DNA of 57,527 nt from assembly GCF_001194135.2 (NCBI RefSeq), contig NC_068984.1:85465220-85522746 (forward strand), in the 5' to 3' direction. Under the pieces are notes generated by a model. The model saw only the letters and a list, made by a program, of their open reading frames with translations, was not told where the DNA came from and searched no databases. Positions 1-13,189 of this stretch are shown here, one piece after another (within the stretch, counting starts at the first letter, position 1; each line of letters opens with the position of its first letter). The translations under genes were made by a program, and so were the position numbers. The DNA is from Octopus bimaculoides. Taxonomy: Eukaryota.

Positions 1-272
1 TGGTGGTGGTGGTGGTCGACGACGCCAACATCATGATATAGAAAGTGATCAGTGATGGCGGTGATGGTGCTGACATAGCGGTGGGGGGGGAGTAGAAAAG
101 ATACGGGTGGGCAAGCACTTGTAGACGACGCCTATGATGGTGACAATGAACAGCAATGGTCTACAAAAACGATATTCCTAACATCATCATCATTATCACC
201 ACCATCACGGCAACCACCACCACCACCACCATCATCTTCATCTTCATAATCATTACCATCATCACCACCACT

Positions 273-318
<46 letters not shown>

Positions 319-330
319 CTATCATCATTA
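1..330. repeat. (TGG)n/(GAT)n then (CAT)n/(CAC)n low-complexity trinucleotide tract
   Basis: Directly visible repeats. The poly-I/poly-M ORFs at 156-361 are translations of them. Confidence 0.95.
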
Positions 331-334
331 AGCT

Positions 335-885
335 GACAGATGCGTTCCTCGTGTAGAGCAAATCCAGCTGTTTGGTCGTTTAGTGTGATGCTTCAAAAAG
401 ACTGTGGGCGGCAACTGCATCCCTCTTCACTTCCCTGCACATCCATGTCAGACAAACCGACGAAAGAGCCTTCTATATCGTCTCTTGACCACATAGAAAT
501 TGCGAGAAACAGCAGTCAAATTCTCTCCTACCTTCTTTAAACAAACAGTTACGTTGGATAATGTAATCCTGGGTTCCTAGCACGAAGAAAAACGACGGGA
601 TGGTCACGGCTGGAACACATTTGATCATAGGTCTTCACGATGAAGACTGACCTAGGGTTAAAGGACAACAGTAACAAGCATGTTAGATTCGTGTCGACGA
701 AAGGAACCTCAATAGGATCGCTTAACATACTAGAAAATGCAACTAGATCTCCCTATAATCACTTCTACGGATTTTCAAAACGATATTGCATACAAGTACA
801 AGTCGAGATGGTCAGGGCTGGAATGTCTTTGACCATAGGTCTGCTGGATCAGAGTAGATCTGGGATTAAACAACAACAACAACCA
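335..885 (+). mobile_element. Two tandem degenerate copies of a SINE-like repeat ending in (CAA)n
   Basis: A shared tail GGATGGTCA.GGCTGGAA..TTTGA.CATAGGTCT...AAACAACAACAAC occurs at ~600-680 and ~805-885. Fragments of the same tail are at ~2550-2605 and ~35725-35780. Family not assigned. Confidence 0.6.
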
Positions 886-963
886 TGGTTTCAGAGGCTT
901 AAAAATGAAGGCATGAATGAATATAACCCTTAGTATTGGGTCATCACCGAAAACTTACCTTTG

Positions 964-1006
<43 letters not shown>

Positions 1007-1252
1007 GTGTACCAATATGTTACTGGTACACATATAAAACACAAAAGCTTTCAGATTCATTGAGTTTTGTGTCACGCGATGATAATATTCTAATATTTTC
1101 ATCATAATGTCTTGTATAGATCTTTTCTGTTTGGCTGCCACTTTTCAATTTCTTCAATTTTTGTTCCAATTGACTTCATATTTGGCGTATTGGTGTAGTT
1201 TTCTAAAGTAACCATGGACATGAAATTCATTTCCTGTATAAGCTATTAAGGC

Positions 1253-1440
1253 AAATAGCAAAAACCAGAGTCAAAGAAAACTAATCGTGCCCTGCATCAA
1301 TAAAGCTCATTCCTGAAATCCATTCGTCTATCAAGGAAATATCTGGTGGTAAATAGCAAAACCCAGAGTCCAAGAAAATTAATCGCAGTCTGCATCGGCA
1401 AAACTCATTCCTGAAATCCATTTATCTCTCAAGGAATATA
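1253..1440. repeat. Local tandem duplication, ~98-bp unit x2
   Basis: AAATAGCAAAA.CCAGAGTC.AAGAAAA.TAATCG...CTCATTCCTGAAATCCATT...TCAAGGAA starts at 1253 and again at 1351; about 80% identical by eye. Confidence 0.9.
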
Positions 1441-2129
1441 TTTTTGTATCCTCTATTTGGTCAAAGTAATTAAATAGAATTTCCTGCATTTGACAGATGT
1501 TCTAATTATTCATACATGGTAATCCTTTGTGGATTCATGCTGTACTTAAGGGGTCAGCGCATACAGCTTATGGTTCAATGTTAGATTTGCTTGAAGGAAG
1601 TAAAAGGTCAAATGTGCTTAGCTAGGTAACTTTAGAGCAGAGCAGAATAGCATATGGGGCAACCAAAGAAAGGAGGTAATATATAATGTAAGCATGGGAG
1701 TGTGACTGTGTGACAGAAGCTTGCGCGAGTGTGTGTATGTGTGTGTGTGTGTGTGTGTGAAAGAAGTGGGGCATGTATGTGAAGTGGTTCGTATGTCTAT
1801 ACGCTAATACCTGTCAGCAATGCTATATATCAGTGTGCAACTGTGTATATGCTTCTGCATCAGTGATAGTATGTGTCTGTTACTGCATCGATGACTGCGT
1901 ATGAGCTGATTCGTTTCAAAGGATTTCCTAATTTAATTTCTCTTAAAATTATGTAATAATTGTTATTGTTATTATGTCTTCTGACCTAGCCGCATAATAT
2001 ATATGTGTGTGTGTGTGTGTGCATATGTGTGTGTGTATATGCGTGTGCGTGTGTGTGTGTGTTTGTGTGTGCATGTGTGTGCATGTGTGTGCGTGTGTGT
2101 GCGTGTGTGTGTGTGTGTGCGTGTGTGTG

Positions 2130-2160
<31 letters not shown>

Positions 2161-2329
2161 AGCAATAATAAATCTCTGAACGAAAAATGCTGTTGAATTG
2201 TTAAGTGAAATTTGGCGATCGAGGATCAAATCCACGCCATGTCTGCATGAAGCCACTATACACACACACACATATATATGTGAATATGTGTATTAATGTG
2301 TGTGTGTGCGTGTGCGAGTGTGTTTTTGT

Positions 2330-2530
2330 GTTTGTGCTGTGTTGTATTTGTTCCGCAACTTCCGCTTGACAATCGTTTTTTGACGTTCTTGTCATCAGCG
2401 GTTCGGCATAAGAGAATGATAAAATAAGTACCAGATTTTAAATAATTACCACGGTGAATTTGTTCGACTAAACATTTCACGGTGGTGCCCCAGCATGTCC
2501 GCAGTTCAATAACCGAAGCAAGTAAAAAGA
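2330..2530 (+). mobile_element. 3' half of CORE-like tRNA SINE (family B), degenerate
   Basis: Matches the tail of the full copy at 43392-43833 (GCTTGACAA.CG...GCGGTTCGGCA...CCCCAGCATG.CCGCAGT...AAGTAAAA). Confidence 0.8.
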
Positions 2531-2911
2531 TACATTATGTCTGAAGAAACGGCTTTGACCATAGGTCAACAGGATCAGAGCTGAAGCGAGACTAAAATAA
2601 CGAGTGCAACACGGTATTGGAGTTTTATTTTCGACGGTGAAAATTCAATGTTATGTAACATGTTAAGAAAACTGAAGACAACATAAACGGGTGTGTATCA
2701 CTTTAACTGAGTTTAATTAATAAAAGACAATAACATAGGTGTTATCTTGATGACGCACACTGAATTCTAAAATTTAGTCAGATAATTTTCTTTAACCTAA
2801 ACGTAGACACTGTGTCATCTGTTAAATACGAAAATAGTGAAATTAAATCGATTCTACCAGTGTTAGAGAGAAATACCGAAATTTGATATTGAATTGTAAA
2901 ATAACGTTTAC

Positions 2912-3083
2912 AGGCGCAAGAGTGGCTGTGCGGTAGGTAGCTTGCTTACCAACCACATGGTTCTGGGTTCAGTCCCACTGCGTGGCACCTTGGGCAAGTG
3001 TCTTCTACTATAGCTTCGGGCCGACCAAAGCCTTGTGAGTGGATTTGGTAGACGGAAACTGAAAGAAGCCCGTCGTATATATG

Positions 3084-3119
<36 letters not shown>

Positions 3120-3120
3120 G
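2912..3120 (+). mobile_element. 5' half of CORE-like tRNA SINE (family B), running into (TA)n and a gap
   Basis: A-box-like TGGCTGTGCGGTA, B-box GGGTTCAGTCCC, CORE-like CCTTGGGCAAGTGTCTT. Near-identical to 43392-43550. Confidence 0.9.
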
Positions 3121-4230
3121 NNNNNNNNNNNNNNNNNNNNNNNNNNNNNNNNNNNNNNNNNNNNNNNNNNNNNNNNNNNNNNNNNNNNNNNNNNNNNNNN
3201 NNNNNNNNNNNNNNNNNNNNNNNNNNNNNNNNNNNNNNNNNNNNNNNNNNNNNNNNNNNNNNNNNNNNNNNNNNNNNNNNNNNNNNNNNNNNNNNNNNNN
3301 NNNNNNNNNNNNNNNNNNNNNNNNNNNNNNNNNNNNNNNNNNNNNNNNNNNNNNNNNNNNNNNNNNNNNNNNNNNNNNNNNNNNNNNNNNNNNNNNNNNN
3401 NNNNNNNNNNNNNNNNNNNNNNNNNNNNNNNNNNNNNNNNNNNNNNNNNNNNNNNNNNNNNNNNNNNNNNNNNNNNNNNNNNNNNNNNNNNNNNNNNNNN
3501 NNNNNNNNNNNNNNNNNNNNNNNNNNNNNNNNNNNNNNNNNNNNNNNNNNNNNNNNNNNNNNNNNNNNNNNNNNNNNNNNNNNNNNNNNNNNNNNNNNNN
3601 NNNNNNNNNNNNNNNNNNNNNNNNNNNNNNNNNNNNNNNNNNNNNNNNNNNNNNNNNNNNNNNNNNNNNNNNNNNNNNNNNNNNNNNNNNNNNNNNNNNN
3701 NNNNNNNNNNNNNNNNNNNNNNNNNNNNNNNNNNNNNNNNNNNNNNNNNNNNNNNNNNNNNNNNNNNNNNNNNNNNNNNNNNNNNNNNNNNNNNNNNNNN
3801 NNNNNNNNNNNNNNNNNNNNNNNNNNNNNNNNNNNNNNNNNNNNNNNNNNNNNNNNNNNNNNNNNNNNNNNNNNNNNNNNNNNNNNNNNNNNNNNNNNNN
3901 NNNNNNNNNNNNNNNNNNNNNNNNNNNNNNNNNNNNNNNNNNNNNNNNNNNNNNNNNNNNNNNNNNNNNNNNNNNNNNNNNNNNNNNNNNNNNNNNNNNN
4001 NNNNNNNNNNNNNNNNNNNNNNNNNNNNNNNNNNNNNNNNNNNNNNNNNNNNNNNNNNNNNNNNNNNNNNNNNNNNNTAACACAGAGGGGGCAAATACAA
4101 ACGAAAAAGAAAAAGGGAAAGAAAAGGAAAAAAATGTAAAATTCCGATCAAAAGGGGGTGGGGAAAAAAAACGATCAAAAGGGATCGTGTATCACAGAAG
4201 ATATATATATAGATTATATAGATAGATAGA

Positions 4231-4281
<51 letters not shown>

Positions 4282-4319
4282 CACACATACATACATACAT
4301 ACATACATACATACATACA

Positions 4320-4490
4320 TACATACATACGACGGGCTTCCACAGTTTATGCCCATCGAATTCACTCTTAAGGCGTTGGTCGGCTCAGGATTGTAGCAGA
4401 AGACATTTGTCCAAGCTATCATCACACAGTGGGACTGAACCGAATCCATGGTGTTGCGAAACGAGCTTCTTAACAACATAACCATACCTG
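4320..4490 (-). mobile_element. Diverged family-B-related SINE head next to (TACA)n
   Basis: The reverse complement contains GGTTCAGTCCCACTG and TTGGACAAATGTCTTCTGCTA, and ends GGAAGCCCGTC + microsatellite as in family B. Confidence 0.75.
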
Positions 4491-4773
4491 TACATACACA
4501 TACACAGACACATGCACACATCAATTTTATGTTCGTACACGCAGATGCACATACATAAATTTTATATATATTTATTCATATATACATATGCGAATCTATA
4601 AATATATGCATATATAGATATACAAACGCGGATACCAATACATAACAATAACTCTTTTATATTTAAAGTATATTAGAGAAATTCAATATGGGAATTTTTT
4701 ATTAAGTTAAAGTCACTGGGCAAGTTTATTTCGCAAGACTCAGTACATGAATAGGCATTATTCACAACATACA

Positions 4774-4804
<31 letters not shown>

Positions 4805-4982
4805 AACATATATATATATATATGTGTGTGTGTGTGTTTTGTGTGGGTTGTATTATAAGCAGATGAATTGTGTGTAGGAGCACGGTTTTTCTACCTTGTA
4901 TACATGTATTCATGTATAAAATATTTGCCTTTATCTTGTATTGTGTCACTTTCTTTCACTTCCACTCTGAACAAAATATACA

Positions 4983-5020
<38 letters not shown>

Positions 5021-5989
5021 ACACACACACACGAACGAACACACACACACACGAACGACACACACACGAACGAACACACACACACACACGAACACACACA
5101 CACACACACACACACAGACTTATACAATCACGCATACATTCATGCAAGCACAAACACACACATGCACAAACAAATATATTTATATTTGTGTTTCTGTATA
5201 AATGTATGTGTATGTTCGTACGTAAGATTGNNNNNNNNNNNNNNNNNNNNNNNNNNNNNNNNNNNNNNNNNNNNNNNNNNNNNNNNNNNNNNNNNNNNNN
5301 NNNNNNNNNNNNNNNNNNNNNNNNNNNNNNNNNNNNNNNNNNNNNNNNNNNNNNNNNNNNNNNNNNNNNNNNNNNNNNNNNNNNNNNNNNNNNNNNNNNN
5401 NNNNNNNNNNNNNNNNNNNNNNNNNNNNNNNNNNNNNNNNNNNNNNNNNNNNNNNNNNNNNNNNNNNNNNNNNNNNNNNNNNNNNNNNNNNNNNNNNNNN
5501 NNNNNNNNNNNNNNNNTATATATATATATATATTTAAACATGGATAACTGTTATAGGTTTCGGCCAGTATATGCCCAGGATATATCTATATATATTCTCT
5601 CTCTCCCCTGATTCACTTTCTCTCTTCCTATAGATAGATAGATAGATACATACATACATATATACATACATACATACATACATACATACATACATACATA
5701 CATACATACATACGTAAGTACCTACGTACGTCCGTACCTATATACATATATTTGTCTGTCTATGTACCTATCTATCTGTCGGTCTGTTTGTTTCTTTGTC
5801 TGTCTATGTGTCTATTTGTGTACCTGTCTATCCATCTATATATATCCATTTACTTATCTTCCTATCTACCTACCTATCTATCTATCTGTCTATCATAGAG
5901 ACGTTCAGAGCAGAAATAAAAGAAACGACCACAATAGGATTTAAAGACACTGACAACTATTTTACACAATACACAAAACCGTGCACGTA

Positions 5990-6215
5990 TATTATACCTT
6001 TCATGTCTTACTTTTTTTCAGTCACTATTCTGTAGCTATGCTGGGGCACCGCTTTGAAGAATTTTTAGTCGAATGAATCGACAGCAGTACTTGTTTTCTT
6101 CTGCTGAGCCTGGTATTTATCTTATCGGTTTCTTTTGCCAAACCGCTAAGTTACAGAGACGAAAACACACCAACACTGGTTGTCAAGCGGTGATGGGGAA
6201 CAAACACACACACAC
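5990..6215 (-). mobile_element. Family B SINE 3' half
   Basis: CAGTCA...GCTATGCTGGGGCACCGC...AACCGCTAAGTTAC...GGTTGTCAAGCGGTGATGGGG matches the reverse complement of the family B tail. Confidence 0.85.
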
Positions 6216-6684
6216 ACAGACACATCTAGACAGACACAGGTACAAACACATACACACACACACACACACTCATATATGTATATATATTTCGTTTTGGGAT
6301 TTGGTTTGCAAGATTCTTTATGTGAGTTCGTGTGCTGAAACATATTTTGTTGTGTCTGGGGAGAGTCATTCTCTTTTAGTACCTTATTATTTAACACACT
6401 AACCGGTAAAGTTGCCACTCATTTACTTATTTATTTTTCGTCTTGCAACCTTCTCAATAATCGTCGACTCTGTCCGTTATCCGAACTGCGTTCTTTTTGT
6501 TTGTGCGCATGTGTGTGTGGATCAGTGTGTGTGCACATATACATGTATGTATGTATGTATGTATGTATGTATGTATGTATGTATTATGTATGTATGTATT
6601 ATGTATGTATATATTATGTATGTATGTATTATGTATGTACGCATGCATACATGTGTGTGTATGCATGTATATGCATATATGTAT

Positions 6685-6865
6685 GATAGATCGCTAGCCA
6701 CTACACATTCTTTATTTTCTCTCCTTGTTTCTGTATTCCTTTCTGTGGAAGAGCATAGACTCGAAACGTTAAAGACTTTTTCACTTCCCGAGCGTTAAAT
6801 TAATACATCTGTTTGTTGTCTACACCACATCTCTTCGTCTTTTTTTTTTGCGAATTCTCCCTATA
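6685..6865. mobile_element. Penelope-like terminal fragment (GAAGAGC...CTCGAAACG motif)
   Basis: GTGGAAGAGCATAGACTCGAAACGTTAAAGAC resembles the GAAGA...CGAAAC motif I recall at Penelope ends. A related segment lies at ~9370-9430. No coding evidence. Confidence 0.4.
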
Positions 6866-7009
6866 TATTGTTTTTTTTTTGCGAATTCTCCCTATATATG
6901 TATGTATGTGTGTACGTTTGTATGTATGTAGTCTGCATATTCATGTGTTTATGTGTTTGCATGTGTGTGTTTATCTCTGTCTCCTTGTGTGTGCATGTCT
7001 TAGTGTGTC

Positions 7010-7129
<120 letters not shown>

Positions 7130-7159
7130 GACTAAGTGTGAGTGTGTATATATATATGA

Positions 7160-7191
<32 letters not shown>

Positions 7192-7894
7192 ATGTATGTA
7201 TGAGGGGCTGCCACACAGTTTGCGTCCACCTTATTCCACTGACAGAGCACTGGTCAACCCGAGGCTCTGTGTGAGAAGACATAATTAATGGAATTATGTG
7301 GTGCATCCGTCGAGAGAAATTGTTTCCTTTTCTGAGATTTAGCAGTTATTTCTAGCGGATCGAATAACCGTAGGGTTAATATGTAGTTTACTGTTGAAAA
7401 GTGAAAGTAAACTGTCCTTAAGAAATGAAAGTAAACTGCAACAAAAACTGGAAGTAACAAGTTCATTCCGTAATTTCATGTAAACAATGTATCTGACAAA
7501 CAATGTATAGAAGTTACATATATTTAATGTAACATGAAACCCACACATGTATTTTACATAAAATGAAAGCAATAGCGTTCATAAAAGACATTAGTCATTG
7601 ACATATGATGTGAGATTCGTGAATAGTTTTTCATGATCTTTAAATCTGTTTCGGCACACATGCTCATGAAGATATCATGTAAATTAATTAAGCATCGATA
7701 GTCCCATATTATCGCCTAAGTTTCTTCGTGGTACTCATTCATCGCCCTTCTGTAGTCTGTGTATGGATGCTATCACCGTTTGGATCAACAAAATTGGGTG
7801 GGTGGTGGACAATCAATAAAGAAATTGCGGAGTCTTTCATAGGAAGTCCGCCCATCGGATATCAAACGTTTTATAAAATTTTAATGTATCATTA

Positions 7895-9132
7895 TGAGAG
7901 TGGGCTGAAAATCTTATTGGCTGACTATGAAGGAATGACGCTAGAGGTGTGAAATCTTGCAAGCATTAATTTCAACATTTTTACTAATAACCACGCTGTT
8001 TCCTTCCAGGTAAACTGAAATCTCAATATTCAAAGAAGACTTCAAAAGTAAACTAGAAGCAACATCAGATAGGCCGTCATTATTATTGCGAAATTAGTTA
8101 CCAGCTATGTGTTTTTCATGTTGGGGAACAGATGATAGTCAAATGGGACCAAATCAGAATAGCGAGGGTAACCAACAATTTCAAAACCACAGTCAGGCAC
8201 AGCAGCCATTGAAATCAAGGACTTGTGTGTTGGAGCATTGTCCACATGAGAGCATTGTCCATATAACTACCTCAACAAGTTGGCATAGTACTCTTCATTC
8301 ATAGTGTGACCCTTTTGCATATTGTTAATAAATACAATGCCTTTTATATCCCAAAATTATGAGGCTGTCATTTTCCCTGTAGATGAAACGACCTTGGATT
8401 TCCTTGGAGCAAGTGAGGAGGGGTGTTCCCACTTCATGGGTTGTCTTTTGTTTCTAGCTCAAAGTAATGAGCCCAGCACTCATCCTGGGTTAGGAAACAT
8501 TCAAGGAAACCAAATGGATCTGCCTCAAACAATGTCAGATATTCCGTGGTATGATCAGCCTGGTGCACTTTTAATCAGATGTCAGAAGACGTGGCACCCA
8601 CTGAACACAAACCTTCATGTCAATTTCATTGTGCAGAATATTCTCAACTCTCCCACGAGGAATGCTAACTGCATTGGCTGCTTGATTTATTGTCAATCAC
8701 CTGTCATCGATCAGCATGTGATGAACACGATCGCTGTTTTCCTCGGTGGTAGCAGTTGAAGAACATCCAGACGTTGGGTTATCTTCAAAACTTTCTCTTC
8801 CCCTCCAAAATTCAGTTGCCCACTTTTACACTGTTGATAAAGCTGGAACATTATCCCCTAGAGTGGCAGCCATGTCAGCATGAATATCGTTGGAGGCTAA
8901 ACTGTTTTTCTGCAGGTCCTTGATAACACAACAATGCCAAATCTTGTCTATTTTCAAGAGAGGTCACTACTAGTTACTCTTGAAGTGTTCTTTGAACAGT
9001 CAGATATCAATTTACCCAGAAAAAAAACAATGCAGTTATTAATAAGAAAAGCTGAAATTAATGCAGCCATGATGTCAGGACTCTGGCGTCATTCGTTCAT
9101 AGGAAGTCTATAAACTTTTCAGCCCACTCGCG
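7895..9132 (-). mobile_element. Full-length degenerate mariner transposon (irritans/Himar1-like), transposase pseudogene
   Basis: TIRs TGAGAGTGGGCTGAAAA (7895) and TTTTCAGCCCACTCGCG (to 9132); left TA present. The minus strand from ~8951 translates (I)DKIWHCCVIK...ALSTV*KWATEFWRGRESFEDNP.SG...WVPRLL...FLTQDECWAHYFE...KMTAS*FWDIKGIVF...HTMNEEYYANLL, with many stops. Confidence 0.92.
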
Positions 9133-9893
9133 CGTCGTCACTTCCAATTTCTTTAGTAATATACTTTCATTTTTACGAACAATTTATTTCGCTTTTTTTT
9201 TTTTTTACGACTGTAAACTGTATGCTAACTGTTTAGTCATGACTACCTTTTCCTTCTCTGAATCATTGCTCGTTTAAGACTACATTATCAAATGTGTTCC
9301 TGCTTTAACATGACGATAAAAAGTAATTTGAGGGAAATTGCTTGCTATTTTTAATAGGTCAAGTGACTAAGTAACTGCTTCATCTAGACTCGAAACTATT
9401 ATCAGTTGAATTTGTAAGTGAAAAGAATCTTTTTTTTAAAGTAAGACAAAGAGAGGAGAGGGCAAAAGAGAAGGCATCGTTTATCACAAAGCAACATGGC
9501 CGACAGTTTTATGTAAACAGTTATTGCAATGGCGGCAGTTGATGGATTTAGTTTAACAGAATAACATTTTCTCACGGACAGTAACTAAGGACGTTTATTA
9601 TACGACACCACATGCTCTCTCTCTCTCTCTCCCTCTCTCGCTCCATCTCTCTCTCCCTCCCTCTCTCTTTCTTCCCTTCTTTTTCTTTCTCTTTGTCTCA
9701 TCCTATTAATCTTTCTTTTCAAACGTCTTTTTCAAATCTATCTTTCTATTTTTCTTTCTAACTGTTGATTTCGCTTTGCTCTTTGTTTATGTGTATACTT
9801 TATCTACATACACTCAAGTTTCTCTTTACTTCTATGCATATGTGATATGTGTCTACGCATGTGTAAGTGTGCATGTGTTTGTGTGTGTGTGTT

Positions 9894-9999
<106 letters not shown>

Positions 10000-12037
10000 T
10001 ATGGTTTGTATTATTGAACAAAAGAAACAACGTTGGTATATTCTCAACTACTTATGTTAGAAGTAATAAATACTTCGTTCCCTCTCCTCTAGTTCAATTC
10101 CTCAGCGTCTCTATCTCTTTTCCTTTAGTTCAACCTCCCTCGCATCATCTTTTCCTCCTTCCTTCGTATTTCTTTCATTTACTTCTCTCACATATATATA
10201 TATATATATATATATANNNNNNNNNNNNNNNNNNNNNNNNNNNNNNNNNNNNNNNNNNNNNNNNNNNNNNNNNNNNNNNNNNNNNNNNNNNNNNNNNNNN
10301 NNNNNNNNNNNNNNNNNNNNNNNNNNNNNNNNNNNNNNNNNNNNNNNNNNNNNNNNNNNNNNNNNNNNNNNNNNNNNNNNNNNNNNNNNNNNNNNNNNNN
10401 NNNNNNNNNNNNNNNNNNNNNNNNNNNNNNNNNNNNNNNNNNNNNNNNNNNNNNNNNNNNNNNNNNNNNNNNNNNNNNNNNNNNNNNNNNNNNNNNNNNN
10501 NNNNNNNNNNNNNNNNNNNNNNNNNNNNNNNNNNNNNNNNNNNNNNNNNNNNNNNNNNNNNNNNNNNNNNNNNNNNNNNNNNNNNNNNNNNNNNNNNNNN
10601 NNNNNNNNNNNNNNNNNNNNNNNNNNNNNNNNNNNNNNNNNNNNNNNNNNNNNNNNNNNNNNNNNNNNNNNNNNNNNNNNNNNNNNNNNNNNNNNNNNNN
10701 NNNNNNNNNNNNNNNNNNNNNNNNNNNNNNNNNNNNNNNNNNNNNNNNNNNNNNNNNNNNNNNNNNNNNNNNNNNNNNNNNNNNNNNNNNNNNNNNNNNN
10801 NNNNNNNNNNNNNNNNNNNNNNNNNNNNNNNNNNNNNNNNNNNNNNNNNNNNNNNNNNNNNNNNNNNNNNNNNNNNNNNNNNNNNNNNNNNNNNNNNNNN
10901 NNCTTCCATGACTTTAAGCTTTATTCCTATTCACCTATCGCTCTATATCTCTTTACTATTAGTTTTCTGCTAATTTCTTTCTTCTCCTCTTTCTATATAC
11001 TACCTTTGACGTTATATCTACTAACGGTCTAAAAAAAAAAACTTGCTAGCGTTCCCTTCATCATATATGCAGTCATCACATTCTGTTAAAATGTATTATT
11101 GATGCGTTTGGTTTCTCTCTTTCCCTGATGAGAAGGTTGCATTGTTTTCCTTCTGTCGGAAGTAAAAAGATTTGAATATCACCTGCGTTTAACTCCATTT
11201 ATTTGTTTATCTATCTATATTATACCAAAACATTTCACCTAAACCTGGAGTTTCTACCTTTATATGTAGGCTGTTACATCCTTGGCACTTGTGTGAATTT
11301 TTGCTAACCTGGTAACTATTTATTTATTTTTCGTGTTATTTGTAAACATTGAAAAAATGCACATACATTTATATATATACTTGTATATATATATATGTGT
11401 GTGTGTGTGAGCGTATGTGTGTGTATATATACATATATATGCACTCACACACACACACACACACACGCACGCACACACACACACTCACACACACACACAC
11501 ACACACNNNNNNNNNNNNNNNNNNNNNNNNNNNNNNNNNNNNNNNNNNNNNNNNNNNNNNNNNNNNNNNNNNNNNNNNNNNNNNNNNNNNNNNNNNNNNN
11601 NNNNNNNNNNNNNNNNNNNNNNNNNNNNNNNNNNNNNNNNNNNNNNNNNNNNNNNNNNNNNNNNNNNNNNNNNNNNNNNNNNNNNNNNNNNNNNNNNNNN
11701 NNNNNNNNNNNNNNNNNNNNNNNNNNNNNNNNNNNNNNNNNNNNNNNNNNNNNNNNNNNNNNNNNNNNNNNNNNNNNNNNNNNNNNNNNNNNNNNNNNNN
11801 NNNNNNNNNNNNNNNNNNNNNNNNNNNNNNNNNNNNNNNNNNNNNNNNNNNNNNNNNNNNNNNNNNNNNNNNNNNNNNNNNNNNNNNNNNNNNNNNNNNN
11901 NNNNNNNNNNNNNNNNNNNNNNNNNNNNNNNNNNNNNNNNNNNNNNNNNNNNNNNNNNNNNNNNNNNNNNNNNNNNNNNNNNNNNNNNNNNNNNNNNNNN
12001 NNNNNNNNNNNNNNNNNNNNNNNNNNNNNNNNNNNNT

Positions 12038-12400
12038 GGATCCTAATCCACCAAGGGAAGGTATGTCGGAAGAAAGTAATTCAACAACGCGGGTTGATGA
12101 ACCGTAAGACGTGTGGCCAGAACCTCCTGGAAAATAACCATAGCGAGGGACATTCCACAGTTGAATTAGAACAGTCACAAACAGTGAAAGAAGACATGCA
12201 CCCAACACTAGAGCTGAAGACACCTCCGAAAGGGGGTGGCCCCGCCACGTCAAAACGGTAGAGGAGTAGGGGCCGAAACCGGACGTGGTTCCTCCTGATG
12301 ATGTCTTCAGCTAACTGGATCCTATAAAGGAGCTGTTGTGGTAACAGACCACGAAACATGGTTGAAATTCCTCAGGTGGCAACAAGCAATAAATAGCATT
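12038..12400. mobile_element. Probable retroelement fragment (Penelope-like end motif)
   Basis: GC-richer block containing CTGAAGA...CCGAAA...GCCGAAACCGG. No protein motif recognised in any frame. Confidence 0.3.
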
Positions 12401-13189
12401 AGATAGCTATACAAATAAATATATATTTATCATAAGAGCACACGAGGCACCTACTTGCTAGAAATTGGAGTTAAAACCCTCAACTTAACCACCAATGACA
12501 GTGTCCTTCATTGTTAAGTTGAGGGTTTTTAAGTCCGTGCCACTCTCCTACTCAAAACTCATCCAAACTTTTTTTAAAATGATATCATTTTACAATAACT
12601 GCCCCTTTTTTTTTTGGGGGGGGGAAACGATTTGCAGATCATTTCAAATTTCCCCAACTGACTTTCCAGCTAGCGCTGCTGCTGCCGTTGTTGTTGCTGT
12701 TGTTGACGTCGTCGTTGTTGTTGTTGTTATTGTTTGCCATTGTTCTTGTTGTTGTCGTCGACACCATCGCCGTTGTTGTTGTTTAGCCGTGACTCAGCCA
12801 TAATTCATCCGACCGAAGGTCAAAAGAATTTCAACCATAACCTAGTCCGTCTTCTGAAGTTACGTTGCTACTAGGCCCATGTTTTCCAAAGGGTCCTTTT
12901 TACTCTTTGCAGAAAAGTGTAATTTTATGGAGAATTGGCTACTACTTCTAGCAAACAGACTGCCTGATAATATAAAGCTCTCTCACTCTCTCTCTCTCTC
13001 TCTCTCTCTCTTTATCTATCTACCTATCTATTTATCTCTCTCTCTCTCTCTCTCTCTCTTTGCCACTCGCTCAGCGTCTCTTGCTTGCTCTCTACTTCTC
13101 TCTCTCTCTCTCTCCCTCTCTAAGTATTTTTGTTCGACGCGTTAACTATTCTAACCACTCACCGCCTTCTCCTGCTGTATAACAATTCT

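Noticed and set aside
1007-1105. Three consecutive short hairpins (8-bp, 8-bp and split stems)
   Set aside because: The stems are short and AT-rich, as expected by chance at this composition.
1972-2271. [20 protein letters not shown] and YLSI repeat ORFs throughout the window
   Set aside because: They are translations of (CA)n, (TA)n, (CT)n, (TATG)n and (TATC)n microsatellites.
2908-4343. Long ORFs of 200-465 aa in the supplied track (here and at every other gap)
   Set aside because: They span N-runs translated as X and microsatellites; there is no coding evidence.
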